Shown: positions 9,761-20,772, numbered from the stretch's first letter. The stretch is DNA of 32,000 nt from Wolbachia endosymbiont of Drosophila innubila (GCF_021378375.1 NZ_CP076228.1:900001-932000); one strand, 5' to 3'. Notes: generated by a model not told the origin, from the sequence alone. A program made the numbers and translations.

Positions 9761-11413
9761 TCACTTAGCAGATAATGCTATGTTATATTCTTCAACACCC
9801 AATACTTCAACTTCTATTTTTTCTGATATAGAGAATTTTTTATTCTCTGGTAAATGCTCTTGATCTATTAGAAGGGTTACATCGTTCTCAACTTCAACGA
9901 CTAGTCCATTATCTTCTCTCTTATCTACAATAACCTGTATTTTATCACCTACCTTAACTTTCTTTATCAGTTCTTCAAGAGGATCATACTCTATTTGTTT
10001 TATTCCAAGATAAATTCTTGCCCGATTCACGTTAGCCCTTATTACTTTTGCTTCTATTTTATCACCTACATTATACTTCTTTATCTCATCTGAACCATTT
10101 TTAGACCAACTAAAATCTTTCACATATATTGTCCCTTCTACGTTCTCATCTATTTCAGAAGCACCGAAAGCAACAGATACATATGAGCCGGTATTATTCT
10201 TCACTTCACCAGAAACAATAGAACCAGGAGGATATTTATTGATAAATACTTGCCAAGGGTTGTCTACACACCTTTTCATGCTTAAACTCATCCTACTCTT
10301 AGCAATGTCAATACTGAGAATTTTTACATATACTTCTTGTCCCCTTGTTACGAGACTACTAACTGGTAAATTACTCTTAACCCAAGTTATTTCTGACGAG
10401 TGCACTAAACCTTCAATTCCAGATCTAAGCTCAACAAATAATCCATAATCTTCTATGCTTGTTACATAACCCTTATGCACACTATCAACTAGATATTTTG
10501 ACTCTGCATCTTGCCAAGGGCTATCTTCTAGCTGCTTCACACCCAAGGAAATTTTAGCATTTTCCTTATCTATTTTTATAATTTTAACTTTTATAGTCTG
10601 ACCACAAGTAAAAACTGCAGACGGATGACTTACCCTACTCCAAGAGATATCTGTAATATGTAACAATCCATCTATAACTCCCACTACATCTGATTCATGA
10701 ATACCGACAAATACACCGTAATGAGTGATACTTTTTATTTTCCCTTCTATTATATCGCCTTCATTTAAAGATTCTAAAAATTTAATTTTTTCACCAGCGT
10801 GCAATTTTTCTAACACCAGCTTTCTTGATACTACAATATTGCCCTGCTTCTTATCCATTTTAAGCACGATGAACTTTTGTTCAGTTTCAATAAGGTGCCT
10901 CGCATCTTTTACTTGCTTCAAATCCACATGACTCAGCGGTAAAAAAGCGCTTATTCCGTCACCAAGATCAACAATAAAGCCACATTTAATTGAGCGTTTA
11001 ATAACTCCGCTTACTTCAGCCCTTGTAACTGTATCTTCTTCCAACTTATTCCATTTTTCGTCCCTAATTGCTTTTTCACGACTAAGAACAACATTACCAT
11101 GATAATCTTCAATTCTTTCCACATAAACTCTGATTTTCGAGCCAATAATGACCTCATCATTACAACCGAGTTCCTTGATCAGAATTCTCCCGTCAGATTT
11201 TAAACCAATATCAACCACAACGTCGTTAGGGTTTATTCTTGTAATTACACCTTCTACCACATCTCCTTCTTTAATTTTGTTAACAAAAGAATCTTCAAAC
11301 AAGGTATTATCTTGATCCTCAAATTGGCCTTGACATATCTCTTCTATAAATTTGTTTGATGATAGCTTTCTGATAGTAACCGGTAGATTTACGACTGGAT
11401 TATTATTATTCAT
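9761..11413 (-). CDS. rpsA: 30S ribosomal protein S1
   Basis: 550 aa; repeated S1 domains (GDVVEGVITRINPNDVVVDIG; GVFVGIHESDVVGVIDGLLHITDISW; GLFVELRSGIEGLVHSSEITW). Confidence 0.95.
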   Translation of the reverse strand: MNNNNPVVNLPVTIRKLSSNKFIEEICQGQFEDQDNTLFEDSFVNKIKEGDVVEGVITRINPNDVVVDIGLKSDGRILIKELGCNDEVIIGSKIRVYVERIEDYHGNVVLSREKAIRDEKWNKLEEDTVTRAEVSGVIKRSIKCGFIVDLGDGISAFLPLSHVDLKQVKDARHLIETEQKFIVLKMDKKQGNIVVSRKLVLEKLHAGEKIKFLESLNEGDIIEGKIKSITHYGVFVGIHESDVVGVIDGLLHITDISWSRVSHPSAVFTCGQTIKVKIIKIDKENAKISLGVKQLEDSPWQDAESKYLVDSVHKGYVTSIEDYGLFVELRSGIEGLVHSSEITWVKSNLPVSSLVTRGQEVYVKILSIDIAKSRMSLSMKRCVDNPWQVFINKYPPGSIVSGEVKNNTGSYVSVAFGASEIDENVEGTIYVKDFSWSKNGSDEIKKYNVGDKIEAKVIRANVNRARIYLGIKQIEYDPLEELIKKVKVGDKIQVIVDKREDNGLVVEVENDVTLLIDQEHLPENKKFSISEKIEVEVLGVEEYNIALSAK

Positions 11414-11552
11414 ACCTTTAACTTAAACTTTATTAGAACTCATATATTATATAATATTAACAATTATTGACAAGTAATTTTTCATTAACTCATTTCGAGA
11501 ATTGTTTAAGCTATATAAAATATAGTGAGAAAATTATATATGTATCAAGAAT

Positions 11553-12218
11553 ATGCTATTTAAGAATAGCAAGTGGATTAGATCGTTCTCCAGAAGGTCC
11601 AGGCTAAAACCTGATGTTGATGAAATATTGGAAAAATATTCTATTCAAAACAGCAAGGAATCTATAGAGAAAATTGTAAATTCACAAAAAAGAATATGGG
11701 TAGAAATAGGCTTTGGCAACGGTGAAAATATGCTTTACCAGGTGCTCAATGAACCTGATCTATTATTTATAGGATGTGAGCCCTACTTAAAGGGGGTTTC
11801 TCGCTTGCTAACAAACATAGAAATACAGAACATAAAAAATATTTTAATGTGGACAGAAGATGCAAGAGAATTGATTGCAAATTTTCCTGATAACAGTGTT
11901 GAAAGATTCTTTATTCTCTTTCCAGATCCATGGCCAAAAAGAAGTCACAATAAAAGACGATTAATTAATACGGAATTTTTAAATTTATTAGCAAAAAAAA
12001 TACTTATAACAGGGGAAATATTCATTGCAACCGATCATCAGGACTATGCAGAGTGGATAGCATCACATATAAAGCAGTGTAACTCTTTAATCTATAGGGA
12101 AGACGATTTCACAAGTTATACTCTTACAAAATACCACAGAAGAGCGCTCAAAGATCAGCGTAAAGTGAGGTTCTTTAAAGTAAGTGTTATTAATAATTTG
12201 CAGACTATGGATCAATAG
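11553..12218 (+). CDS. trmB: tRNA (guanine-N7)-methyltransferase TrmB
   Basis: 221 aa; WVEIGFGNGENML, FILFPDPWPKRSHNKRRL, FIATDHQDYAEW. Confidence 0.95.
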   Translation: MLFKNSKWIRSFSRRSRLKPDVDEILEKYSIQNSKESIEKIVNSQKRIWVEIGFGNGENMLYQVLNEPDLLFIGCEPYLKGVSRLLTNIEIQNIKNILMWTEDARELIANFPDNSVERFFILFPDPWPKRSHNKRRLINTEFLNLLAKKILITGEIFIATDHQDYAEWIASHIKQCNSLIYREDDFTSYTLTKYHRRALKDQRKVRFFKVSVINNLQTMDQ

Positions 12219-12360
12219 AGTTTTTGCATATCTCTTTTACGTTAACTATAGATTAAAAATAATAAAAAAAGAGGGAGAAATAGAGTAAATTCCTTTAACT
12301 ACTTCTCCTTATGAAGGAATAGACTTCTTGCATAACCCAAACTAAGTAGAAAAAAGGTAT

Positions 12361-12577
12361 CATCCAAGTAGCCCCTTTCTCGTCATGCCGCTGCGAATCG
12401 TCATACCGCCGCGGCGCTAACACGTAGCGGGATGATGAGGCTTATCGTCATGCCACCGCGAACCGTCATACCGTCACGGTATCTCTTAGCCGCTAACAAG
12501 TAGCGGGATGACGGTTGTCAGGTTAGCTGTTATCCCAGTTTTTGACACTGGGATGACAACGAAGGGCTACTTGGATG
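12361..12577. repeat. Nested intergenic palindromic repeat cluster bounded by 14-bp perfect inverted repeats
   Basis: CATCCAAGTAGCCC (12361-12374) versus GGGCTACTTGGATG (12564-12577). Interior holds CCGCTAACAAGTAGCGGGATGACG and CCCAGTTTTTGACACTGGG palindromes. Confidence 0.85.
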
Positions 12578-12694
12578 ACAGGGAAGGATGCTGGAATGAA
12601 GGTTTTTCAAATTGTCGATAAACCTAAATCTATAATAACTATTTGCCTTTTTTCTAGGTTATGCAAGAAGTCTACTGAATAACAGTAAGATTTT

Positions 12695-13342
12695 TCAATC
12701 CTGTTCCACAGCAAATTTTAGTGCCATGTGAGTAGTTATGGTGCTGTTAACAATCAAAATAACAAAAACTAAGATGGTGATTAGTAGTGTATAAATATTC
12801 AAGGATAAATTTTCAAATTGAGTTAGCATTTTAAAATACACAAAGGTTGGCATTATCATTGGCAAAACAAGAATTTGCGATACTCCTGATGCTAAGTTGT
12901 TTTGACCAATCATCAATGCATTTCCAGTAGCTGAAATATTAGTGATTATCAGCGTATTAAATAATAAAGACACTCCAACTGCTATTGAGTGTTCAATACT
13001 ATTGCCTAGAATTGCAAAGCTGAATATGGAAGAAATTACTGAAATCGGTAATCCAAATAATAACCAGTGAGCGAAAATTTTATAAGCAACTATAAGCCTA
13101 GAAGAGAGTGGCTGTACAAAGATTTGCTCTAATATTCCATCATGATAATCAGATGTAAACAAATTATTTGTAGAAATCTGCAAAACAAATGTAGCACATA
13201 TCCATGTTAATGTTAACATAACTTCTTGTTTATTGTTGTTTTTAAGTGTAAATGAAGATAAACTTAACATTATGATAAAAATACATACTATATAGGTAAA
13301 GTTCTTATCATCTATTACTAATTTTTTTACTGAGTCGATCAT
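12695..13342 (-). CDS. ccmB: Heme exporter protein CcmB
   Basis: 215 aa hydrophobic protein; DYHDGILEQIFVQPLSSRLIVAYKIFAHWLLFGLPI, LPMIMPTFVYFK. Confidence 0.9.
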   Translation of the reverse strand: MIDSVKKLVIDDKNFTYIVCIFIIMLSLSSFTLKNNNKQEVMLTLTWICATFVLQISTNNLFTSDYHDGILEQIFVQPLSSRLIVAYKIFAHWLLFGLPISVISSIFSFAILGNSIEHSIAVGVSLLFNTLIITNISATGNALMIGQNNLASGVSQILVLPMIMPTFVYFKMLTQFENLSLNIYTLLITILVFVILIVNSTITTHMALKFAVEQD

Positions 13343-13448
13343 ACTAGGCTTTTAAATGTTTATTATAAATTATAGTGTTTACTTTGAGGTAGTATAATTT
13401 TTTGTTCATAAATTATATAGGTTTTATTATTTTTTTGATAATGCAATT

Positions 13449-13841
13449 ATGGAAAAGTTACCAAAAATAAAGTCACCAGAAGATTACACTCCTTCAGAAG
13501 ATGAAGAATATATGAGCGTAAAACAACTGGAATACTTCAGCTTAAAGTTACAATCAATACTCGCTGAGTTAGAGAAACAAGAACTAGAAGATAATAGTAT
13601 TGATACATACTATTCTGATGAAGATAGTGGAAACGAGGAATTAATCAAGCGTCGAAAAGATAGAAAAGAAAAAATTAAGGAGGCGTTAGAAAAAATAAAA
13701 TTAGGCACTTATGGTTACTGCGATGGAACAGGAGAAGAAATAGGAGTCGAAAGACTTAAAGCTAATCCGCTTGCTATATATTGTATTGAAGAGCAAGAGA
13801 GAGTAGAAAAAGAAAAGAACGTGTACAACATTAACGATTAA
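13449..13841 (+). CDS. dksA: DksA/TraR-family RNA polymerase-binding regulator
   Basis: 130 aa; KEALEKIKLGTYGYCDGTGEEIGVERLKANPLAIYCIEEQE. The zinc-finger cysteines are only partly retained. Confidence 0.9.
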   Translation: MEKLPKIKSPEDYTPSEDEEYMSVKQLEYFSLKLQSILAELEKQELEDNSIDTYYSDEDSGNEELIKRRKDRKEKIKEALEKIKLGTYGYCDGTGEEIGVERLKANPLAIYCIEEQERVEKEKNVYNIND

Positions 13842-13976
13842 TTTACACATAAGTGGTGAGCCCATTGGACTTCAAGAGGAGCAAGAGGCGCTGAAGTATG
13901 TTATGCTATAAAGAAAGTGGAAAATTGGACATTCTCAACTTGACTCCTGCAGATTAAAAATTAAGTTGTATCCGTT

Positions 13977-15451
13977 CAGGCAATGGCGTCAACTTAAGGA
14001 AAAATATCAGCGATAGTGTATAAAATTTCTCTCCAAATTTTTTATCATTAAATTATCCAAAGAGTGCAAGGGACAGCACTTTTGTTTCTATTTTATTGCA
14101 ACAAAAAAGTTTAAAATGTGTCTTTTTTAGGTGAGGCATGCAAAAAGGAAAAGATCTTATCTTACAAATTAAAAATGCAATATACTCGAAAACTTTTCAG
14201 AAAATCCATTGTGTTGAGTTTTACACGAACAAGAAAACTTCCTTTTTCGACAGTATTTTCTATGATTTTAAAGTTAGTTAAAAAAAGTTTGGGAATAGAA
14301 TGTGAACTTATGGAGCCATTGACATGTACCCTCAAAGCAAGCTTTTTCTAAAGCAAGGTATAAGATTTGCCATACAGGCTTTTTCAAGAATTTAAGCATC
14401 CAAACAGCCTATCAGGATGAACCTGAGTTGGAGAGGCTATAGACTTATTGCAGCAGATGGTTCTGGTATGAGATTACCCAGCTCTGGGGAAATTGTATCC
14501 GAGTTTGAACCAAATGGAACAACAGGCACCATTGGCAATTTGTTTGTTGATTTGTGTACTTCATTGATTTGCAGTGCTCGTCTTGCAGCTTGGAATATAG
14601 GTGAACAAACGTTGGCGGCAGAGCAATTACCCGAAGTTATCACTCAAATGCGTTTATTAAATCAAGAGAAATTATTATTTATCTATGATCGTCTTCAGTA
14701 AAATTCATTCAGCAGCATTATAATTTGGAAGTAGATTTTATTTTTCGCTTGCAAAAAAGAAATTATAGTAAGCTATGGGAACGCTGGCGAATTAGATTTT
14801 GATTTTATATTAGAAAATGAAAAGCTAAAAAATAAAATGAAAGGACAGAAAGTAAGAGTTATAGTGCTGACATTAGCCAACTGAGAAACAGAGTTTTTGA
14901 CCGAGACTTTGGAGCAAAGCTTATGTGTTAAGGTGGCACATAGAGGAGTGCTATAAACGACTCAAAGTAGGAGCAGAGTTAGAGAATTTTTCTGGAGAGG
15001 CTGTATTACAAGAATTTTGGGCAAACTTGGTCATGTGCAATATATTATCGCTTCATATGTGTGATGCACAAGGGCCTTGGAACCCAGATCAAATTACTGA
15101 TACCAATTCCCACTGCACAATAAACGGATAGATAACAATGGAAAAAAAAGCCATACTATTGCCTTTCTTTCTCACTCCACAATTAAATAACTCTACAATA
15201 TCGCTTATTTGATTCACTAATAATGAGAATTGGTATGAGTATCGTTTAAATTTTTCAGTTTTATTTGGTGTAATGAGGCAGAAACTCTATCAGGTACTTA
15301 TTGCGCCAAAAAACTTTCAAGCCCTTTTTAAGTATACGCGCTAAAGTTAAAATCCGACCGGGACAGCCGCAATAAAGTAGATAAGCCTAAACGCCATCAT
15401 GTCTTTAGGAGAGTTTGCTAATGAAAGTTCTTAAGTTGACGCCATTGGCTG
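13977..15451 (+). mobile_element. IS4-family insertion sequence, degenerate
   Basis: 22-bp terminal inverted repeats with one mismatch: CAGGCAATGGCGTCAACTTAAG (13977-13998) and CTTAAGTTGACGCCATTGGCTG (15430-15451). They flank transposase fragments. Confidence 0.8.
14118..15350 (+). pseudogene. IS4-family DDE transposase, broken into fragments
   Basis: ORFs 14118-14351 (FTRTRKLPFSTVFSMILKLVKKSLGIECE), 14417-14701 (WRGYRLIAADGSGMRLPSSGE) and 14925-15131 (LRWHIEECYKRLKVGAELENFSGEAVLQEFWANLV), separated by stops or frameshifts. Confidence 0.8.
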
Positions 15452-15640
15452 TTCCGATTCGTTATATGACATAAGAGCATCATATATTTCATGCAATGTA
15501 TTTGAGATGTTTTTTTCCATATGTTGATTAATATGCCCATATATTGTCGTCTCTTCCGAATACTCTGTATCTTTATGTATATGATTTTGTTGCTTTAATT
15601 CTTCTCTATCTACACTCTCTATTTGCTCTGACACTAGCAT
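15431..15640 (-). CDS. Small hypothetical protein, probably with its 3' end altered by IS insertion
   Basis: 69-aa ORF whose last codons and stop lie within the IS4 terminal inverted repeat. Confidence 0.3.
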   Translation of the reverse strand: MLVSEQIESVDREELKQQNHIHKDTEYSEETTIYGHINQHMEKNISNTLHEIYDALMSYNESEQPMAST

Positions 15641-15770
15641 AACTACCCCATATTTTACATAACGAAATAAAAAATTCTAACTGTAGTATGCTTATATAAT
15701 CTACGAAGTCGATAGTTAAATTGAAAAGTTTCGGTTATAATTTACTTCATATAGAACATGCCCTTGAATT

Positions 15771-17096
15771 ATGCTAAAAATCGCCATAGTAGGCCTACCA
15801 AATGCTGGAAAATCGACCCTATTCAACAGATTAGTAGAAAGAAAAGCAGCAGTAGTGAGTAACATTCCAGGAGTGACAAGGGATAGGCAAGAGGGAATGG
15901 GGAGAATTAGCGATTTGGAGTTTAAAGTTATAGATACAGGAGGATGGAACGACCAAACTAATTTTTCACTACAAGTTATTGAACAAATCGAATTTTCTTT
16001 ATCCAATTCAAACATAATTTTCTTTCTTGTTGATGCAAAAGTGCAAAATGAGCGAAATGAAGAGTTTGCAAAGTGGCTGAAGAGAAAAATAAATAAACCT
16101 GTAATACTAGTAGCAAATAAATGCGAGAGTCATAAATCCGAAAATGTTGATTATTTGCAGTTTTTTGATTTTCTTGGCCCGGTGTATATCTCTGCCGAGC
16201 ATAATCTTGGCATGGTTGATCTTTATGATGCATTAGCTGGTGTTATTGAAAATTTTAACGAGAACACTGAGTTACCTAACAATGAACTGAGTAGGCTGAG
16301 GATCGCGATCATCGGCCGTCCGAATGTTGGAAAATCAACTTTTTTAAATGGTTTACTTGCAGAAAACAGACTAATAACAAGTTCAGAGCCAGGTACCACA
16401 CGTGATTCTGTGGATATTACATATGATCATGATGGAGAGTTAATTACTCTAATTGACACTGCCGGAATCCGCAGAAAGGCGAATGTTGTAGATGGCTTAG
16501 AATCAAGATTTGTTGAGAAAAGCATGGAATCAATCAAGCGCTCTCATGTGGTAGTTTTAATGCTAGACTCCCTAGTTGGTATTGAGCAGCAGGATTTATC
16601 AATTGGTGAAGCTGCAATTAAGGGAGGGAAAGGGATTATTGTTGTTTTAAATAAGTGGGATTTAATAGGTAAGGATGACAGAAGCAGGTTAATAAAATTT
16701 GTCAAACAACAGGAAGTAACCAGGTTATTCTTGGAAGTGCCAACTATAACAATTTCTGCGTTAAAAGGCATGCGCTGCGGTGATGTGATAGATAAGTGTC
16801 TTGAAGTGAGTGAATCCTTGAACAAGAAGATCAGCACTGCAAAACTGAATAAGTGGCTCATAGATGCTGTAGGAAAACATTCTCACCCTCTTGTAAAAGG
16901 CAAAGCAGTTAAAATGAAGTATATCGCTCAAATTGGTACTAAACCTCCAGCTTTTTCTTTGATATGTAACATACCTGAAAGTGTTGATGAAAGTTACAAA
17001 CGCTATTTAATTAACGATCTCAGAAAAAATTTCTTTGCAGACGGTGTGCCAGTTAGATTGCTTTTGAAAAAAAATAAAAATCCCTATGTAAAATGA
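15771..17096 (+). CDS. der: Ribosome biogenesis GTPase Der (EngA)
   Basis: 441 aa; two GTPase domains: GLPNAGKSTLFNRL/DTGGW and GRPNVGKSTFLNGL/DTAGIRRK/NKWD. Confidence 0.95.
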   Translation: MLKIAIVGLPNAGKSTLFNRLVERKAAVVSNIPGVTRDRQEGMGRISDLEFKVIDTGGWNDQTNFSLQVIEQIEFSLSNSNIIFFLVDAKVQNERNEEFAKWLKRKINKPVILVANKCESHKSENVDYLQFFDFLGPVYISAEHNLGMVDLYDALAGVIENFNENTELPNNELSRLRIAIIGRPNVGKSTFLNGLLAENRLITSSEPGTTRDSVDITYDHDGELITLIDTAGIRRKANVVDGLESRFVEKSMESIKRSHVVVLMLDSLVGIEQQDLSIGEAAIKGGKGIIVVLNKWDLIGKDDRSRLIKFVKQQEVTRLFLEVPTITISALKGMRCGDVIDKCLEVSESLNKKISTAKLNKWLIDAVGKHSHPLVKGKAVKMKYIAQIGTKPPAFSLICNIPESVDESYKRYLINDLRKNFFADGVPVRLLLKKNKNPYVK

Positions 17097-17614
17097 ATAC
17101 TTTGCTTTATACTTTCAGGGATAATTTACTTAAAGTTATGTGTAATAATTCCAGAATTCCTGCAATCTTTCTGCTGTCGAGTGCCGCTGCTCTAATTTTT
17201 GCATATGTGCTAGAATATTTTTTCAACATGCTGCCATGCAAGTTATGTACATACGAGCGAATAGTTTACTATATCGCTGGATTACTTGCAGTAGCGTGCA
17301 TGCTTAAAGACAACAAAATTCTAATCTATGCAATGTTTTGCAGCTACCTCATAGGTGCAGTAATATCTTTTTATCATATAGGTCTTGAACTTCACTTATT
17401 TCATGATGTTTTAGGTTGTACAGAGCAAGCAAGTAGTAACGTTAGTATAGAAGAGCTCAGAAATAATCTACTAAATCCTAATTACTCTCCATCTTGTGAC
17501 AGACCTCATTACGTTCTAGGTGTTTCCTTAGCAACATGGAATCTAATTTATCTCATAGTAGCTCTGTTCGTATCAGGTAAGGTGTATTGTGGAGAAAGAA
17601 AGAAATCTAAATAA
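17093..17614 (+). CDS. DsbB-family disulfide bond formation protein
   Basis: 173 aa, multi-TM; NMLPCKLCTYERIVYY (CxxC) and a second Cys pair (GCTEQ...CDRP). Confidence 0.8.
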   Translation: MNTLLYTFRDNLLKVMCNNSRIPAIFLLSSAAALIFAYVLEYFFNMLPCKLCTYERIVYYIAGLLAVACMLKDNKILIYAMFCSYLIGAVISFYHIGLELHLFHDVLGCTEQASSNVSIEELRNNLLNPNYSPSCDRPHYVLGVSLATWNLIYLIVALFVSGKVYCGERKKSK

Positions 17615-18131
17615 TTTAAGGTACAGCAACAATCAGTTCTTGCAACAGGCAATTAGAGTAGATCACGCTGGAGAATATGGAGCTATTTGCATTTATTCTG
17701 GTCAAAAATTTATTCTTAAGAAATCTTCTATAATCAATGAAATAATTGAAATGGAAGAGCAGGAAAAAAAGCATTTTCACTATTTTAATGAGAAAATCAA
17801 AGAGCAAAAAGTTCGTCCTACTGTTTTGTTGCCTGTTTGGCGTGTTTTAGGAGTGTCGCTTGGCGTTGCAACTGCCATTATGGGCAAAAAAGCTGCTATG
17901 GCTTGCACTGCTGCAGTTGAAGAAGTTATCGGGGAGCACTACAAAGAGCAAGTTTCACATTTAGAAGATGGGGAATTAAGAGAAACTATAAGTAAATTTC
18001 GCGACGAGGAGTTAGAGCACAAAGATATTGCAATTCAGCACAATGCTGAAAGCGCATTTGGCTACAACATTTTATCATCATTCATAAAAACAGGCTGCAA
18101 AACTGCTATTTACTTGTCTAAGTTAATTTAA
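17589..18131 (+). CDS. coq7: Demethoxyubiquinone hydroxylase Coq7
   Basis: 180 aa; IRVDHAGEYGAICIYSGQ, EMEEQEKKHFHYF, ACTAAVEEVIGEHY, EELEHKDIA di-iron motifs. Confidence 0.93.
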   Translation: MEKERNLNNLRYSNNQFLQQAIRVDHAGEYGAICIYSGQKFILKKSSIINEIIEMEEQEKKHFHYFNEKIKEQKVRPTVLLPVWRVLGVSLGVATAIMGKKAAMACTAAVEEVIGEHYKEQVSHLEDGELRETISKFRDEELEHKDIAIQHNAESAFGYNILSSFIKTGCKTAIYLSKLI

Positions 18132-18355
18132 CTAAGCAGCTTTCTTAAAGTGTTTTAAATGTTCTGATAACAACAGAAACCAGGAAGGAATTCAAGTGTA
18201 ACAATTATTTTATAACTATATTTACATATCACCATTATTAATAAATAATTAGTATTTGTAAATTAAATACATCTAAAGTATAGACTGCAAAGGAGGCAAA
18301 AGTGCGTTTTAATTTAGAAGAGGGAAATGCTCTTATGTAATACCTGCCACAGGTT

Positions 18356-18574
18356 CACAACTGTACGAACATTCATTTTTGAAGGTAAATTGCACAGCAA
18401 ATGGTGTCATTCCAGTCTGGAATCCAGAAATTTTGCTTATAACTGAGCTGATAAGCTAAAGGTAATTGTCTTACACTAAAACAAACGTTTTTAATTAAGT
18501 TGCATAGAACCAGTGTCTGGGCACTGGGATGACACCCCACTGGTGGTCCAAACTACAACGTTCGTACAGTTGTG
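18356..18574. repeat. MITE-like non-coding repeat with 15-bp perfect terminal inverted repeats
   Basis: CACAACTGTACGAAC (18356-18370) and GTTCGTACAGTTGTG (18560-18574). Interior carries palindromic CCAGTGTCTGGGCACTGG-type sequence. Confidence 0.75.
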
Positions 18575-18584
18575 GATTCCAGAC

Positions 18585-19635
18585 GGCTTTGTTGCATCAC
18601 GCTTTATGAGATGGTGATTTATGGTAAATTCATGTAACTATCTCAAATTTAGCCATACCAATATCAGTGAACTTATTGAGCAAATAGCATTTAACAAGTA
18701 GTTCCTTCTCTCTATTTGTCTCAGATTTATTCCTAAAACTAAACCCGAATGTTTGTTTCAGTCGCGAGAAAAAACTTTCTATATAAGATCTTTTTCCATA
18801 ACTCATCTCTTTTTTCCACTTCTTTATACCATCTTCATCATATGACTTTATGAGCTTGACTGCAGAATTTCTCTCAGCCATATAGTCTAACTTTGGATGC
18901 TCTGCTGCGTTGTTTTTCGGAGGAATTTTCGTTTTTATACCATATTGATTACACAGCTTATAGAGCTTTTCTCTGTCATATGCCCTATCTGCATATAGTG
19001 CTTTTATGGCATGCTGAAAATCAACTTCTTTTAGCAAATCACAAGCTCCATAGTGATCAGCCGTTACTGTATTTTACAGCTATGGCTTTTTTGTTGTTTA
19101 TATTCAACATTACGTGCAATTTTCTCGTTTGCTCATAGCCACGATATTTTCTGTCAGTGCTATTTTCCTTGCTGTGTGTTGTTGTATATACTAATTCCTG
19201 TACTGTCTATAGCAATTTCGATATCTTCCATATTATTTTCTGCAATCATTTATCTTAATATTAAGTTTCTTTTGATGCTTGTGAATAGCTGCAAATCTCT
19301 TCCTATTTGTTGCAAATACCCTTTTATAAACCCGACTGTTTGTCTTAAACCAATTCTAAAGAAACTGACGATTATATGCACCAAAATCACAACTTTATCA
19401 CTATAAATATAGTTGCCGCCCTGCATTTTTGGACAATTCTCGTACCAATTTTCTATGGCGTCATTGATATAACAAAAAATGCTTCCTCTTTCTTGGAGAA
19501 ATTTGTTATATTCATGGCAGTTACTGACTCTCATTTTTTGTGGCATATTTTTTCTTCAACAGTTAAATGGCTATTTATAATGAATTTTGTCAGTAACTGC
19601 CAGTTCTTTTCACTTGAGCGATGCAACAAAGCCCA
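18585..19635 (-). mobile_element. IS5-family insertion sequence, degenerate
   Basis: GGCTTTGTTGCATC (18585-18598) and GATGCAACAAAGCC (19622-19635) flank two transposase fragments. Confidence 0.8.
18630..19546 (-). pseudogene. IS5-family transposase remnant
   Basis: N-terminal fragment 19250-19546 (YNKFLQERGSIFCYINDAIENWY) and C-terminal fragment 18630-19037 (LYADRAYDREKLYKLCNQYGIKTKIPPKNNAAEHP...YIESFFSRLKQTFG), with a decayed stretch between. Confidence 0.8.
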
Positions 19636-19790
19636 CTGGGATCCAGTTTCACCTTGTGATGGTGTCATGAAAGTAGCTGACACTGGTTTCCATCCAAGAC
19701 GGTGTCATTCCTTACTATTACCCACAAATATAAATGGACTAAAAAGTAAAATATTACAATATTAAAGTTTGCAAATATTGAGGGTGTAAA

Positions 19791-20772
19791 ATGGCAAGTA
19801 AAAGTAGTGAATGGGCTAAAAATGAATTTGGAGATAAAAGGTTAACTGAGCGATTAGTAAAGATTGCTGATATGTTTGACAAAATTACCTGAAAGTTAGA
19901 TTAATCAAGCATGTGAAAGTTGGTCAGAAGCAAAAACAGCATAACGTTTTTTTTTCAAAATGAGAATGTAAAAGAAAGTGATATTTTAGCTACACATATT
20001 AATAAGACGGTTGAGAGAACAAAAGCTCACAAGAGGGTTCTTGTCATTCAAGATACCAGTTACATTGTATATAATAACCATAAAAAAACAAGCGGATTAG
20101 CAAATTTGTCCAGTTATGATACTGCAAAAGGTATTATAATGCATACAGCTCTTGCCGTTAGTATAGAAGGTTTGGTACTAGGGATACTAGATCAAAAAGT
20201 TTATTCAAGACCTGAAGAAACTGAGAACCTTAAAAAAAAGAGCGATCGCATTGAAGATAAAGAAAGCGTAAAGTGGTTGGAAACTTTAAGAAAAACAAAT
20301 AATATTATTGATCCAACTCAAACTGAGACTATAACTGTATGCGATAGAGAAGCAGATATATATGACTTTTTTGAGCTTGCACATAATCTTAATTCGGCAG
20401 TGCTAGTTAGAGCATGCAGAGATAGAGCAGTAAATAGAAAATCTCGATATCCTGAAAAAGGTGAGCAGAAGTTATGGGCATTTATTAAATCCTCTCATTG
20501 TGCAGGTACGGTAGAAGTTGAAGTTCCTGTAAAAGATAATAAGCCAAAAAGAACAGCACGTTTGGAAGTTAGATTTGGAAAGTTTATGATGAATCCATCT
20601 AAGAATAATATTAGGCATAAGACGGAAGAACTACCTAAATTACCACTTTATGCAGTTTATGTTGTTGAGAAAACTCCCCTCCCTTAAAAAAACCGCTAGA
20701 ATGGATGCTATTAACGAATCTTTCAGTTAATACTTTCGATGAAGCTGTTGAAAAAATTAGTTGGTATCAACT
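19791..20772 (+). pseudogene. Tn5-like transposase, 5' part
   Basis: ASKSSEWAKNEFGDKRLTERLVKIADMFDK; KRVLVIQDTSYIVYNNHKKTSGLANL; TVCDREADIYDFFE. Premature stop and frameshifts near 19890-19960; a further frame break near 20690. Confidence 0.85.

Noticed and set aside
12361-12600. Possible CRISPR-like array
   Set aside because: Repeats are palindromic and irregularly spaced without uniform spacers, and no cas genes are present.
16544-16861. 105-aa antisense ORF inside der (also 15716-16015 and 15976-16233)
   Set aside because: Fully or largely overlaps the confidently identified der gene; Ser/Phe/Leu-rich composition typical of antisense frames.
19053-19765. Plus-strand ORFs 19053-19406 and 19376-19765
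   Set aside because: Antisense to the IS5-type transposase relic and its terminal region.
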